A stretch of 64,000 nucleotides of DNA from an uncultured Acidobacteriota bacterium (GCA_902825945.1 CADECY010000005.1:90557-154556); one strand, 5' to 3'; numbered from the stretch's first letter, positions 19,577 through 29,150 are shown. Program-made: numbers and translations. Notes: generated by a model from the sequence alone, not told the origin.

Positions 19577-21274
19577 TCAGGCGAATTTTCCGGCCGGCCG
19601 CATGACGAGCCGGCTTGGCGCGTGCCGGAGCCTTCCTAACACTTGCCCCGGAGTCAGCCCTTCGGTCATCAGCAGACAATACAAGGCCGGAGTCGCGTGT
19701 GAGGCGCCCATGCGGGGGATATCCCAAGGGCCGCAGCCCGCCCCGATGGAGCCACCGTACGCGGAAAAAATGGCTTTGTAGCCCGTCTCACGGACGACGC
19801 CGCGATTCTCCCCGGTCATGTGCTCACGGCCACCGAACGGATAGGAGAACAGTTCGACCGGCCTGCCAGTAAGGGAGCGTAGCTCCTCGGCGGACCGGAT
19901 CAATTCGGCGCGAACCTCTTCGACCGGCTGCCGGCCCATGTCGATGTGATTGACGGTGTGCGCCCCGATCTCGAAGCCCAATTCGACCCAACGCCGGATT
20001 CCGGCCGCATCGAGGTTGGGAAAGTGGAACGGCGACTTTTCGATGTCGTGGGGAAAGCGGCGCTCCGTGCCGAGGAAGCCGGTAGAGACGAACGCGCACG
20101 CGGGAAGGCCAGCGGACTTCAGCAGAGGCGCGCCGTTGGTGAGAATGTCCGCGTAACAGTCGTCGAAGTGGATCGCCACCGAACCCGGCTCCAGCGGCCG
20201 GCCATCTCGGACACGGGAGACGACCTCGCTGGTGGTCACCACCCTGCAGCAGGAGGCGAGCACCGTCAAATGCGAGGCAAACGTTTCGGGGTCAACGGTC
20301 AGAACGTCACGGGAGTAGCCGTTGACTCGGTGATAGAGCAGAATGGAGCCGCGCTGCTGGCGCATCCGGTTCACCCTGCTGGCCAGCCAATAGATGCCTG
20401 AGTAGTAGATGAAAAGCAGATAAAGATTCCGGACGGCGGCCACCGCGCCGTCGCGGACCGCCCAGTGAGGGAGACGTGCCATGAGGCTCTGGACTTCGGC
20501 CCTCGTGGGGCTCGTTCGGGCCTTTATCCCCAGGGCTGTCTGCTGGCGCCGTTCCGCGCGTCCATCGCGAATCGCCGCCACAGCGGACGCGAGCACGCGG
20601 GCTCCTTCGGCGTGGAGTTTCTCGAGCAGTGAATCCGGCGTGTCGAGCCGGTCGATGGGAATCGTGGATTCGGCCACGACATCTCCGGTGTCGAGTCCCT
20701 TGTCGATGAAGTGGACGGTCACACCGGCTGTATCCGCGCCATCGGACAACTCCCAGAAGCCGGGCGGCATGCCGCGGTATTCGGGGACCCGGCCCTTGTG
20801 GAGGTTGATGCTTCCGAGGCGGGGAACGCCGAAGGTCCGCGGCTTCAGGATGCGGGTGCCCACCACGACGCCAAGGTCGGCGTTTCGTTCGCGCAGGACG
20901 CTCGCCGCCAATTCGCTGTTGAGGCTACCCACCTCGTGGGCGGCCATGCCGTACTTTCGGGCCACATCATCGAGCGTCCAGCAGCGGCCAGGGAACGCTC
21001 GCCGCAGAAGGGCGTCGACATCTCCTGGCTTGGCAACGGCGTCGCGCACCAGCCGGTCCGTCACCGCGACCACCGCCTCGAGAAAGCGAAACCAAACGTA
21101 GGACCAGCCGTGCTTGCGCGTGCTGCGCCACAGGTTGCGGAGCCGCCGCGCCAGCGGCGTTGGTGCCGTGTCCAGCAGGATGCCGGCCGGCTCCACTCCG
21201 CCTTGCTCGCACACTCGCTCGATTGCGTCACGAAGCGAACGGTCGCTCGAGCCTGTGAGAAATGCGATTCTCAT
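19577..21274 (-). CDS. fusion protein: formyltransferase domain + TM linker + NodB-type polysaccharide deacetylase domain
   Basis: N-terminus: INLHKGRVPEYRGMPPGFWEL...GVTVHFIDKGLDTGDVV (Fmt/ArnA-type formyltransferase). Middle: hydrophobic NLYLLFIYYSGIYWLASRV. C-terminus: IHFDDCYADI and GAHTVNH (NodB motifs). Confidence 0.8.
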   Translation of the reverse strand: MRIAFLTGSSDRSLRDAIERVCEQGGVEPAGILLDTAPTPLARRLRNLWRSTRKHGWSYVWFRFLEAVVAVTDRLVRDAVAKPGDVDALLRRAFPGRCWTLDDVARKYGMAAHEVGSLNSELAASVLRERNADLGVVVGTRILKPRTFGVPRLGSINLHKGRVPEYRGMPPGFWELSDGADTAGVTVHFIDKGLDTGDVVAESTIPIDRLDTPDSLLEKLHAEGARVLASAVAAIRDGRAERRQQTALGIKARTSPTRAEVQSLMARLPHWAVRDGAVAAVRNLYLLFIYYSGIYWLASRVNRMRQQRGSILLYHRVNGYSRDVLTVDPETFASHLTVLASCCRVVTTSEVVSRVRDGRPLEPGSVAIHFDDCYADILTNGAPLLKSAGLPACAFVSTGFLGTERRFPHDIEKSPFHFPNLDAAGIRRWVELGFEIGAHTVNHIDMGRQPVEEVRAELIRSAEELRSLTGRPVELFSYPFGGREHMTGENRGVVRETGYKAIFSAYGGSIGAGCGPWDIPRMGASHATPALYCLLMTEGLTPGQVLGRLRHAPSRLVMRPAGKFA

Positions 21275-21418
21275 TCAACTCCAGGTTTCATTGTAGCTGG
21301 GCTGACTCGTGGCCTGCCGCCCAAGCCACTCAATCGCGGGTGAGCCTCGACCCCAATGAGGGGAGCCATCCAGCGATGCCTCGGCATGCTCCTGTGTGCG
21401 AGACTCAATAAGGTAGAC

Positions 21419-21871
21419 ATGGCTAAAGCACCCACACCGACAGGTACCTACGACGACGTGAATCTGATCCTCCGCCTCTATGAGATGAGGCGCGAGAGCC
21501 GGCTGCGCGAAGCGCGGGCGTGGTTCACGGCGAAGTTCCACGTCAAGACGATGGAAGAGATGCGCGCGCTGTGCCCGCCGGGGTCGGCCGAGGAAGCCTC
21601 GATGCGGATGGTGGTTTCCTACTGGGACATGGCCGCCTCGTTCATCGCGGGCGGTGTCCTCGGACCGGAATTGTTCTTCGAGAGCGGACGCGAATTGCTG
21701 ATCGCCTGGATCCGCGTTTCGCCGATCGTCGAGGAAATCCGTCAGACGTTCGGCGACCCTTTCGTTTGGCACAACCTCGAGAAGGTCAGCAAGCAGTACG
21801 CCGATTGGCTCAACGCGCGGGCGCCGGGATCGTACGAGAAGTTCGCCGAGCGGATTTCAGGTATCCGCTAG
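21419..21871 (+). CDS. hypothetical protein
   Basis: Clean 150-aa ORF from ATG 21419 (MAKAPTPTG...) with non-shadow composition. No family recognised. Confidence 0.5.
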   Translation: MAKAPTPTGTYDDVNLILRLYEMRRESRLREARAWFTAKFHVKTMEEMRALCPPGSAEEASMRMVVSYWDMAASFIAGGVLGPELFFESGRELLIAWIRVSPIVEEIRQTFGDPFVWHNLEKVSKQYADWLNARAPGSYEKFAERISGIR

Positions 21872-22023
21872 CCGCCTCCGCAGCTAGTAGAGCCCGCGCG
21901 CGCGTGTTTGTCCAGTCACGCCGATTCGATCAAAATCTTCCGTTTCGATTCAGCCATTTACAGGCCTCCTCTGGCGGCTCCTCGACGGAGTCCGTTCAAA
22001 CTCGCTGCCGGAGGTAGATTCTC

Positions 22024-22494
22024 ATGTCTCAGAAAAAACCGGACTCGCTCCGGCTGGACCCGGTTCCGCGCAAGGCGCTGACCCAGTTCGGAACCCAGCC
22101 CGAGGAGAACAGCCGCATCCTGCTCGAGATGCTCGAAGGGTGGAAACGGGACTTCCAGCCGCAAACTCACTTCGAACACTTCCTGTGCCGCGAACTGGCC
22201 GCGATCGAGTGGCGCCTCGAGCGCACCCGGCGCATCGAGAACGGGGTCCTCTGGTGGGCGGTCGATGACATCCGCGACCGCAATCACGAGGCGGCCAAGT
22301 TCGGGCAGCCGACCGGCGAGGGCGAGATGTCGGAGGAGGACTTCTTCACGCTCACCCTCGGCCGGGCGTTCAAGCTCGCCGCCGCGCAGAGCGACTCACT
22401 GACACGGCTCTCGCGGATCGAGACTGGATTGATCCGGCGAATGTACAAAGCGATCGAACTGCTCAAAAAGGAACGGACGCCGGCTAAACGCTGA
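22024..22494 (+). CDS. hypothetical protein
   Basis: 156-aa ORF with balanced, charged composition (MSQKKPDSLRLDP...LLKKERTPAKR). No family recognised. Confidence 0.5.
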   Translation: MSQKKPDSLRLDPVPRKALTQFGTQPEENSRILLEMLEGWKRDFQPQTHFEHFLCRELAAIEWRLERTRRIENGVLWWAVDDIRDRNHEAAKFGQPTGEGEMSEEDFFTLTLGRAFKLAAAQSDSLTRLSRIETGLIRRMYKAIELLKKERTPAKR

Positions 22495-23356
22495 CCACGG
22501 GAACCGGCGACTCGCGGATGATCGAATAGGCGTTGGCGCGGAGGCGTCCGAAGATTCCGGACGCCGAACCGCGGCCCACCACCACGACGTCCGCACCCAC
22601 CTTCTTGGCGGCTTCGGCCACCACGTAGGGCGCGTCACCTGCTTCGACCACGGTTTCGGCCTTGACGTTGCTCCGCGTGAGCAGTTCGTTCACTTCCTTC
22701 TTGGCCTGATCGGTTAAGTAGTGCCGCCAGTCAGGGTCGAAATATTCCCCGGTGCGGCCTTCCAGGCTCGGCGTGGCGTGAACCAGCACGAGCTTCGCCT
22801 TGTTGTTGCAGGCAAACTGCGCTGCCCACTGGAGAGTCTTTTCGGTCTGCGGACCGAAATCCACCGCCACGAGAACGGTGTTGAAGTGGATCTTGGCGAC
22901 GTCTGGCGCTTCTTCGAGGTGGACGCCCGTCATCACCGGGCAATCGGCGTCGTGCAGCACTTTGGCGGTGACCGATCCGAGGATGAAGCGCCGGAACGGA
23001 CCATAGCCGTGGGTCGGCAGCACGATGAGGTTCATGCCCTCGTCGTGCGCCAGCTTGACGATTTCATGCGCGGGGTCTCCTTCGATCAAGACTCGTTTTG
23101 CCTTCAGGCCCGGAATCTCGGATTTGAGGAAGTCCTGGCATTCCTTCTCGGCCATCGCCTTGCGGTTGAGATAGAGTTCGGCGAGCGCCGCGCTGCCCGC
23201 CTCCATCGCCGTGAACTCGTAGTGCGGAGGAGGCACTACGTGAAGCATCGTGACTTCCGACCCGTACTGTTCGGCAATCGCTTCGGCGTAACGCGCCGCT
23301 CCGAAAGCCCGGTCGCTGAAGTCCACGGGGAGCAGAATCTTTGCCATCGAGAACAT
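22484..23356 (-). CDS. tandem universal stress protein (UspA family)
   Basis: Two Usp domains (KILLPVDFSDRAF...LIVLPTHGYG and VLVAVDFGPQ...DVVVVGRGSASG). Start moved to ATG 23356. Confidence 0.85.
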   Translation of the reverse strand: MFSMAKILLPVDFSDRAFGAARYAEAIAEQYGSEVTMLHVVPPPHYEFTAMEAGSAALAELYLNRKAMAEKECQDFLKSEIPGLKAKRVLIEGDPAHEIVKLAHDEGMNLIVLPTHGYGPFRRFILGSVTAKVLHDADCPVMTGVHLEEAPDVAKIHFNTVLVAVDFGPQTEKTLQWAAQFACNNKAKLVLVHATPSLEGRTGEYFDPDWRHYLTDQAKKEVNELLTRSNVKAETVVEAGDAPYVVAEAAKKVGADVVVVGRGSASGIFGRLRANAYSIIRESPVPVVSV

Positions 23357-23402
23357 GGTCTGTCTCCTTCTAGTGGAACTCAGTGCAGGTGGATTGCCAA
23401 TC

Positions 23403-24833
23403 CTACTTTTTCTGCAATGCGTCAAGCCGTTCGTTGACGCCCAGCGTTTTCAACACCTCGGGATTCTTCTCGTCCATGGCCGCCAGTTGATGGCATGCCG
23501 AACAGTCCTGCGTGATCGTCTTGCCTGCCGCGCTCTTGTGCTTGTCGTCGTGGCAGCGAAAGCATCCTGGAAAGTCGGTGTGGCCGATGTGATTGGGGTA
23601 TGTGCCCCAGTTGACCTTCAGATCCGGGAAGACGTTGCGGCTGAAAATCCGCGACAGTCCCTGGGCCGCGCGATCCACATCGGCGCGCCGCCCGTCGGCG
23701 ATCTTCGGATAATCCTTTTGGTAGAACTCGAGCAGGCTCGCCTGGATCTTCTTCGACGCTTCCTCCTGGCTCGAATAGCTGGCCTTCAGCAGTTCCACGC
23801 CCTTCTTGCGTACGAAGGGTAGCGTCACCGGAATATCGCCGTTCGCCATCGCGTTGTTCACCGCCCGTTCCGGCAGGTCGAACGCGTGAGTCGGCCGGTT
23901 GTGGCAATCGACGCACTGCATGCGATGGCGTTCGAGCTTTGCGACATCGGGCGCAGTGGCGCCTTCGGCGGTGAAGGACTTCGTTTCGCCGGTCAACGTG
24001 TTCTTATACTCGACCCACGGGATCTCCTGCCGGCCGGCGTCCTTCGACGCGTACGTGATCTCGATCCCAGGACCGAAATGCGAACCATGGACACCGGGCA
24101 TGCCCTTGCCGCCGATCATCACCACCAGCACCGTTTGCGACAGAGTGTTCGCTTCATCCTCGGCGAAGCTCGGGAAAACGCGCAACTGCATGGCCTGGAA
24201 CTTTTCGGGCCAGTGGCAGTTTTCGCAGGTTTCGTTGGCCGGAACCAGACGTCCGGTTGAAACCGCGGGCGGCACAGGCCGGGGATAGGTGTCGAATGCG
24301 ACCTCGACTAACTGCCGCATGCCGGCCATCTTGCTCTCGAACCATCCGCGCGCTCCCGGACCCACGTGGCATTGCGTGCAGGTGACCTTCGAGTGCGGCG
24401 AGCCCTGGTAGGCCGAGTATTCGGGCTTCATCACGTGGCAACTGGTGCCGCAGAATCCGACCGATTCCATGTGGTGCACCGCGCTGTAGGTCAACTGGCT
24501 GCCTATCAGAACGTTCAGCACCGTCGTAGCGCCGAGAAAGAAGCCGAGCCGGCGGATCGACGACGCCCGGTCGATCATTTGGGCGAGGCCCGACCGTACT
24601 CTCCGGCGCGCCAGCCACAGCCCCGCGGGAATCATCACCAAGCCTGTGGCGAAAACCACCGGCAAGATGCCGAACATGATGATGCCGACATAGGGATTGT
24701 CGCCGTGCCCGCGAAGCTGCGACGGAAGGATGAAGAGCCAGAGGATTCCAGCTGTCGTCATCAACCCGGCTCCCAGCAGGCTCAACCAATGACTTGTAAA
24801 CAAAGCGAGGACAGGGCGATCGTTCTGCACCAT
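23403..24833 (-). CDS. membrane-anchored multiheme c-type cytochrome, NapC/NirT-related (ImcH-like)
   Basis: Three N-terminal hydrophobic helices. NapC/NirT-like FCGTSCHVMKPEY. Five CXXCH motifs (CTQCH, CENCH, CVDCH, CFRCH, CSACH) plus one CX3CH. Confidence 0.85.
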   Translation of the reverse strand: MVQNDRPVLALFTSHWLSLLGAGLMTTAGILWLFILPSQLRGHGDNPYVGIIMFGILPVVFATGLVMIPAGLWLARRRVRSGLAQMIDRASSIRRLGFFLGATTVLNVLIGSQLTYSAVHHMESVGFCGTSCHVMKPEYSAYQGSPHSKVTCTQCHVGPGARGWFESKMAGMRQLVEVAFDTYPRPVPPAVSTGRLVPANETCENCHWPEKFQAMQLRVFPSFAEDEANTLSQTVLVVMIGGKGMPGVHGSHFGPGIEITYASKDAGRQEIPWVEYKNTLTGETKSFTAEGATAPDVAKLERHRMQCVDCHNRPTHAFDLPERAVNNAMANGDIPVTLPFVRKKGVELLKASYSSQEEASKKIQASLLEFYQKDYPKIADGRRADVDRAAQGLSRIFSRNVFPDLKVNWGTYPNHIGHTDFPGCFRCHDDKHKSAAGKTITQDCSACHQLAAMDEKNPEVLKTLGVNERLDALQKK

Positions 24834-24880
24834 TGCCTTACATCGTGCAATTTGCCTACCAACCGGTTAAGGCAGCCCGC

Positions 24881-26515
24881 ATGCAGGCAAGATCTCCGAT
24901 GAGCCACCGGACCTACCTTCCCGCACTGCTTCTCGCCGTGCTTTCGGGCGCGGCACCGGCCCATGCGCAGGACTGCGCGCAATGCCACGATCAGACCCAA
25001 CGGCTGAGCAAATCCACCCACTCGGCCTTCGACTGCCAAACCTGCCACGAGGGCGTCAAGGAGTATCCGCACAAAGCGCCGGTCGCGAAAACCGGGTGCG
25101 ACTCCTGCCATTCCGATGCCTCCAGTCAGTACGAACTGGGGGCGCACGCCAAGCTCCACAAGGGGGGAAACGAGAAGGCGGCCACCTGCGCGAGTTGCCA
25201 TGGCGATGTCCATGACGCCGGAAAGGCTCGTGATGCGGCCTTCCGGCGCAAGGTCCCGGAGACCTGCGGGACCTGCCATGCGGCGATCAGCAAGCAGTTC
25301 CAGGAAAGCGTCCACGGCACCGCTCTCGCCAACGGAATCGAGGCCTCGGCCTCCTGTACGAGTTGCCACGGGGCCCATACCAACCTGCCGCCGCGCGATC
25401 CGGAGGCATTGGTCAATGCACGCAATATTCGGGACACCTGCGCCAGTTGCCACAACAACGTGATCCTCTCGCGCCGGTTCCAGCTCCCGCTCGATCGCGT
25501 GGCGAGCTTCGATCAGTCATTCCACGGACTCGCCGCCAAGGCCGGCTCGCAGACCGTCGCCAACTGCGCAAGCTGCCATGGCATCCACAACATCCTGCCG
25601 TCGTCGGATCCCAAATCGACGATCCACCCGTCGCACCTCAAGGAGACCTGCGGCCATTGCCACGAAGGCGCGAGCGACCGGTTCTCCAACGCTCGCATGC
25701 ATTGGACCGACACGCGTGGGGCACCGCCGGCGGTCGGCCTCATTCGGGCCGTCTACCTGATGATCATCCCGCTCGTGGTCGGTCTGATGTTCCTCCACCA
25801 TGCGGGCGATTACGTCCGAAAGCTCGCGCCCGTATTTCGCGGAGCGGCGCCGACACCGGGCCAGCCATCCGGCGAGGTGCGCATGTTGCCCGCCGAACGG
25901 ATGCAGCACGCGCTACTGGCGATCTCCTTCATTCTGCTCGCGTTGAGCGGATTCGCGCTCCGCTATCCCGACACATGGTGGGCACGGCCGGTGGTGCAGT
26001 TCGAGACCTATTGGCCCGTGCGCGGTACCATCCACCGGATCGCGGCGCTGATCATCGTCGGCGTGAGTATCGCGCACGTGCTCGCGCTTTCCTTCAGCCG
26101 CCCACTGCGCGAACACTGGAAGGGCCTGTTGCCCAAATGGGGCGACATCGGCGACGCATGGCGGACCTTCCTCTACAACCTCGGGCTTCGCAAGACCAAA
26201 CCCGAGCTTCCGTCGCATAGCTATGTCGCCAAGGCCGAATACTGGGCCGTGGTCTGGGGGACCGCGGTCATGGCGATCACCGGATTCCTGCTCTGGGCCA
26301 ATCGCTATACATTCCAGTGGATTCCCCGCGAATGGATGGACGCCGCGGCCGCGTTGCACCTCTACGAGGCGATCCTGGCGACGTTCGCGGTCCTGGTCTG
26401 GCACGCCTATACGGTGATCCTCGACCCGGACGTCTACCCGGTCGATCCGGCCTTCCTCACGGGCAAGAGCGGGCGGCGCGTGCGTCCGCCCGAGGAGCCT
26501 ACGGCGCCGGAGTGA
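24881..26515 (+). CDS. nine-heme c-type cytochrome fused to a b-type (HydC/FdnI-like) membrane domain (CbcL-like)
   Basis: Signal peptide, nine CXXCH motifs (CAQCH, CQTCH, CDSCH, CASCH, CGTCH, CTSCH, CASCH, CASCH, CGHCH), then 4-5 TM helices with conserved His. Start at ATG 24881. Confidence 0.85.
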   Translation: MQARSPMSHRTYLPALLLAVLSGAAPAHAQDCAQCHDQTQRLSKSTHSAFDCQTCHEGVKEYPHKAPVAKTGCDSCHSDASSQYELGAHAKLHKGGNEKAATCASCHGDVHDAGKARDAAFRRKVPETCGTCHAAISKQFQESVHGTALANGIEASASCTSCHGAHTNLPPRDPEALVNARNIRDTCASCHNNVILSRRFQLPLDRVASFDQSFHGLAAKAGSQTVANCASCHGIHNILPSSDPKSTIHPSHLKETCGHCHEGASDRFSNARMHWTDTRGAPPAVGLIRAVYLMIIPLVVGLMFLHHAGDYVRKLAPVFRGAAPTPGQPSGEVRMLPAERMQHALLAISFILLALSGFALRYPDTWWARPVVQFETYWPVRGTIHRIAALIIVGVSIAHVLALSFSRPLREHWKGLLPKWGDIGDAWRTFLYNLGLRKTKPELPSHSYVAKAEYWAVVWGTAVMAITGFLLWANRYTFQWIPREWMDAAAALHLYEAILATFAVLVWHAYTVILDPDVYPVDPAFLTGKSGRRVRPPEEPTAPE

Positions 26516-26651
26516 GCGCCTACTGGGGCAACAGCCGCAGTCCGGTTGGGTGTTGTTCCCCAGTCTTCCAGCGGCGGCGCCAGAAGTCTTTTGTTTTCAA
26601 TACGTGAGATCCTGGCGTGCCAATTGCACTTCAGGAGAGTGGGAGGCGAGA

Positions 26652-26879
26652 TTGAAAATCTTCAAGTTTCTGGGACCTGCCGCCATTCTGGTCTGCGGCC
26701 TAGCTCTGAACACCACGGTGAGCTTCGGTAAGCCTGAGTACACCAAGAAAGAAAAGAAGCCATGCGCGGCATGCCACGTCAACAAGATGCCGGCAAAGGA
26801 CAAGAAGGATACCCAAGCCCTGAACGACACCGGCAAGTGCTACGAGAAGAGCCATTCGATGGAAGGGTGCGCCAAGTAA
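26652..26879 (+). CDS. small secreted monoheme c-type cytochrome (75 aa)
   Basis: TTG start preceded by GGGAGG. Signal-like KIFKFLGPAAILVCGLAL. Single CAACH motif. Confidence 0.55.
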   Translation: MKIFKFLGPAAILVCGLALNTTVSFGKPEYTKKEKKPCAACHVNKMPAKDKKDTQALNDTGKCYEKSHSMEGCAK

Positions 26880-26927
26880 GGAAGCTGGAGCGAATCCCGC
26901 CTCCGTCGCTATCGAAGGAGGCACATC

Positions 26928-27215
26928 ATGTTCGAGAATCTGTTCCCGTTCTTCGTGGCATGGGCCGCGTTGGCGGTGGTTGTAGTCGGGTTGGCGGTTT
27001 ATCGCTGGGTGGTCGGCCTGCATGAGGACGACACCATTCACATCTCAGATCCCAAATTCCAAGTCGAACAGGGGGCGTATGCCCGCAAGCTCGACGGGAT
27101 CGAGAAGTGGGGCAAGTCGCTGACCGCGATTGTCGGAGCCGGTGGACTCGCATTGGCGATCGCGTTTCTCTACAGGGCGTGGGTTGCCAACAGCTCGATC
27201 GGAATGGTCCGCTAA
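26928..27215 (+). CDS. small membrane protein (two TM helices)
   Basis: GAAGGAGG 7 nt upstream of the ATG. Hydrophobic FFVAWAALAVVVVGLAVY and IVGAGGLALAIAFLY. Confidence 0.6.
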   Translation: MFENLFPFFVAWAALAVVVVGLAVYRWVVGLHEDDTIHISDPKFQVEQGAYARKLDGIEKWGKSLTAIVGAGGLALAIAFLYRAWVANSSIGMVR

Positions 27216-27240
27216 CCAGTCTCCGGTTCTGAACGAAAGG

Positions 27241-27271
27241 ATGCCTCGCTGGCGAAAAGCCGGCGAGGCAT
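27241..27271. terminator. hairpin between convergent genes (possible bidirectional terminator)
   Basis: ATGCCTCGCTGGC-GAAAA-GCCGGCGAGGCAT: 13-bp stem with one mismatch. No U-run. Confidence 0.4.
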
Positions 27272-27287
27272 TCCGGCGTTCGGAGTG

Positions 27288-28532
27288 CTATCCCGCGATC
27301 ACCATCAGATCGCTATGCGCGTCAGGCTCCGGACGCACGCGCGAGATCGCGTACACCTGCTCATCGGCGCCGATCGCGATCGAGTTGACGTAGCTCGGGC
27401 GGGTCCCGTCCTCGAACAGCACCGGTCCGCGATCCTCGTAGGAGCCCCGCCGGATGTCGTAGAGTACCAAGTGCAGGTTCTCGTGTCCCTTGGCTTCGCC
27501 GCGCGCCGTCGATGCCTTTCCGCGCACCCGCCGACCACCCTCGAAGATCGGCCCGCCGTTGAGATAGTAGATCGTGTCTTCGGGCCCGAGCCCAAATCCG
27601 AGATAGCCGTAGCTGAACTGATCGAACATCCCGCTACGCTTGGACGGCAGCGATGTGATCCGGTCGAGCACTTCCACCCGCTCGTTCCGCGGATCGAACC
27701 GGAACAGATACCCCGAGTTCCCGTGGACCCCGTAGATCATCCCTTCGGGTTCATACCAGAACGTCTGGCGCCAGTTGTAGGCCATGTGCCCGGGGGACGA
27801 AACCTCGTACAAGCCGAAGTAATCCTTGCTGAGATCGTCGCCCTCCACCACTGACCAATGCGATTGCCCCGCGCGCAGCCGGCAGATCGATCCTTCCGAG
27901 ACACTGAAGTAGACGCTCCCATCACCGGGATCCACCTGCAGCGAACGGCACAGAGTGCGGTAGGATTCGCCCGTGCCCGCCTCGCCGGCGTGCGAGATCG
28001 GACCGAGGTCGCGCACCCGCCGCGATCCGAGGTCGAGTGTCAGCAGCCGGCCCGACGGCCACGTGATCGCATAAGCCTGCCCGCGTGGACCGTCGAAGGC
28101 CATCGTGAGGATTCCCTCGCCACCTGGCGCGAGCCCGAGATCCTCCACCGCGCCAGATGCGAGATCGTAGCTCAGGAAGTGGCCGCCCGGATAAGGCGCG
28201 AGTCCCGCGGGCGGCACCGGCATGCCCTCCTTGCCGTCGAGGTTCGAGTAAATGCCGACATGGGTGGCGAAGTAGAGCTTGCCCGCGTGCTCGTGAAAGT
28301 TCACGTGCGACTTGCCTTGCGGCACAGCGCCGCTCTCGCCGCACGCGGCCGTGAGATCGGCCACTTCGCGCACGCCGCGCGTCACCGGATCGTAGCGGAA
28401 CATCTTGGCTCCGGCGTTGAACGACTCGACGCACAGGACGTAGTAGACGCAACCGTCACTGGCAACGCTGACGCCGTTGTAGGTGTCGTGGGAGATGGGG
28501 AGTCCGGAATCGATTCGTCTGGCGGTGGGCAT
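27288..28532 (-). CDS. hypothetical protein, probable beta-propeller fold
   Basis: 414-aa ORF with repeated strand-rich segments (DGCVYYV, GKLYFAT, GSVYFSV, GMIYGVHG, DTIYYL, EQVYAIS). No family name assigned. Confidence 0.55.
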   Translation of the reverse strand: MPTARRIDSGLPISHDTYNGVSVASDGCVYYVLCVESFNAGAKMFRYDPVTRGVREVADLTAACGESGAVPQGKSHVNFHEHAGKLYFATHVGIYSNLDGKEGMPVPPAGLAPYPGGHFLSYDLASGAVEDLGLAPGGEGILTMAFDGPRGQAYAITWPSGRLLTLDLGSRRVRDLGPISHAGEAGTGESYRTLCRSLQVDPGDGSVYFSVSEGSICRLRAGQSHWSVVEGDDLSKDYFGLYEVSSPGHMAYNWRQTFWYEPEGMIYGVHGNSGYLFRFDPRNERVEVLDRITSLPSKRSGMFDQFSYGYLGFGLGPEDTIYYLNGGPIFEGGRRVRGKASTARGEAKGHENLHLVLYDIRRGSYEDRGPVLFEDGTRPSYVNSIAIGADEQVYAISRVRPEPDAHSDLMVIAG

Positions 28533-28568
28533 CAGACTTCGATCTTACAGGACTCGGGGTCCCGTTAA

Positions 28569-29096
28569 TCAGGCGAACACGCCGATCGCCCAGTATCCTA
28601 GCGCCGATCCGAGCACCGCCCCCGCCACCACATCACTCAGGAAGTGCATGCCCAGGAGGATTCGCGACGCCGCGATGCTCACCGCGATGAACAGGAGCAC
28701 TCCGGTCATCTGCGGGTAGAACCACATCAACGGGATCGAACAGGCAAACGCAGTGATCGTGTGTCCGGAGGGGAACGAGAAGCGGTCCGGCGGCAGCAGC
28801 GTGGACCAGCAGTGCGGCTCGATGTGGCAGGGGCGTTTCCGTCCGGTCATCCGCTTCAATGCCAGAAACACGGCGATGCCCACCGCCGTGGCGAGCGTCG
28901 CCGCGCCCACGGCCTGGAACCTCGGCTCGCCGCCGAAGGCCAACAGCATCAGGCCGAGCGATTGCCACAGCCAGCCGTTGCCGCCACGCGTAGCGCAGAT
29001 CATCCATAGGCGGATCCATTTGGGCGCGCTCCAACCGTGGACCCGCCGCATCAAACGGTGGTCGCGGGCCTGGATGAAATCGATGAGTCCGTGCAT
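28569..29096 (-). CDS. PAP2 superfamily phosphatase (membrane)
   Basis: Acid-phosphatase motifs KRMTGRKRP, PSGHT, SRILLGMHFLSDV. Confidence 0.85.
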   Translation of the reverse strand: MHGLIDFIQARDHRLMRRVHGWSAPKWIRLWMICATRGGNGWLWQSLGLMLLAFGGEPRFQAVGAATLATAVGIAVFLALKRMTGRKRPCHIEPHCWSTLLPPDRFSFPSGHTITAFACSIPLMWFYPQMTGVLLFIAVSIAASRILLGMHFLSDVVAGAVLGSALGYWAIGVFA

Positions 29097-29150
29097 CAGT
29101 TCTTGTTTACGTCACTTCTCTTGCGAATACGTGAACGGGCCGAGAAAGGT

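Noticed and set aside
26521-26560. Imperfect hairpin (GGGGCAACA...TGTTGTTCCCC) after the CbcL-like gene as a terminator
   Set aside because: The stem is imperfect, the loop is long and there is no U-run. Too weak to annotate.
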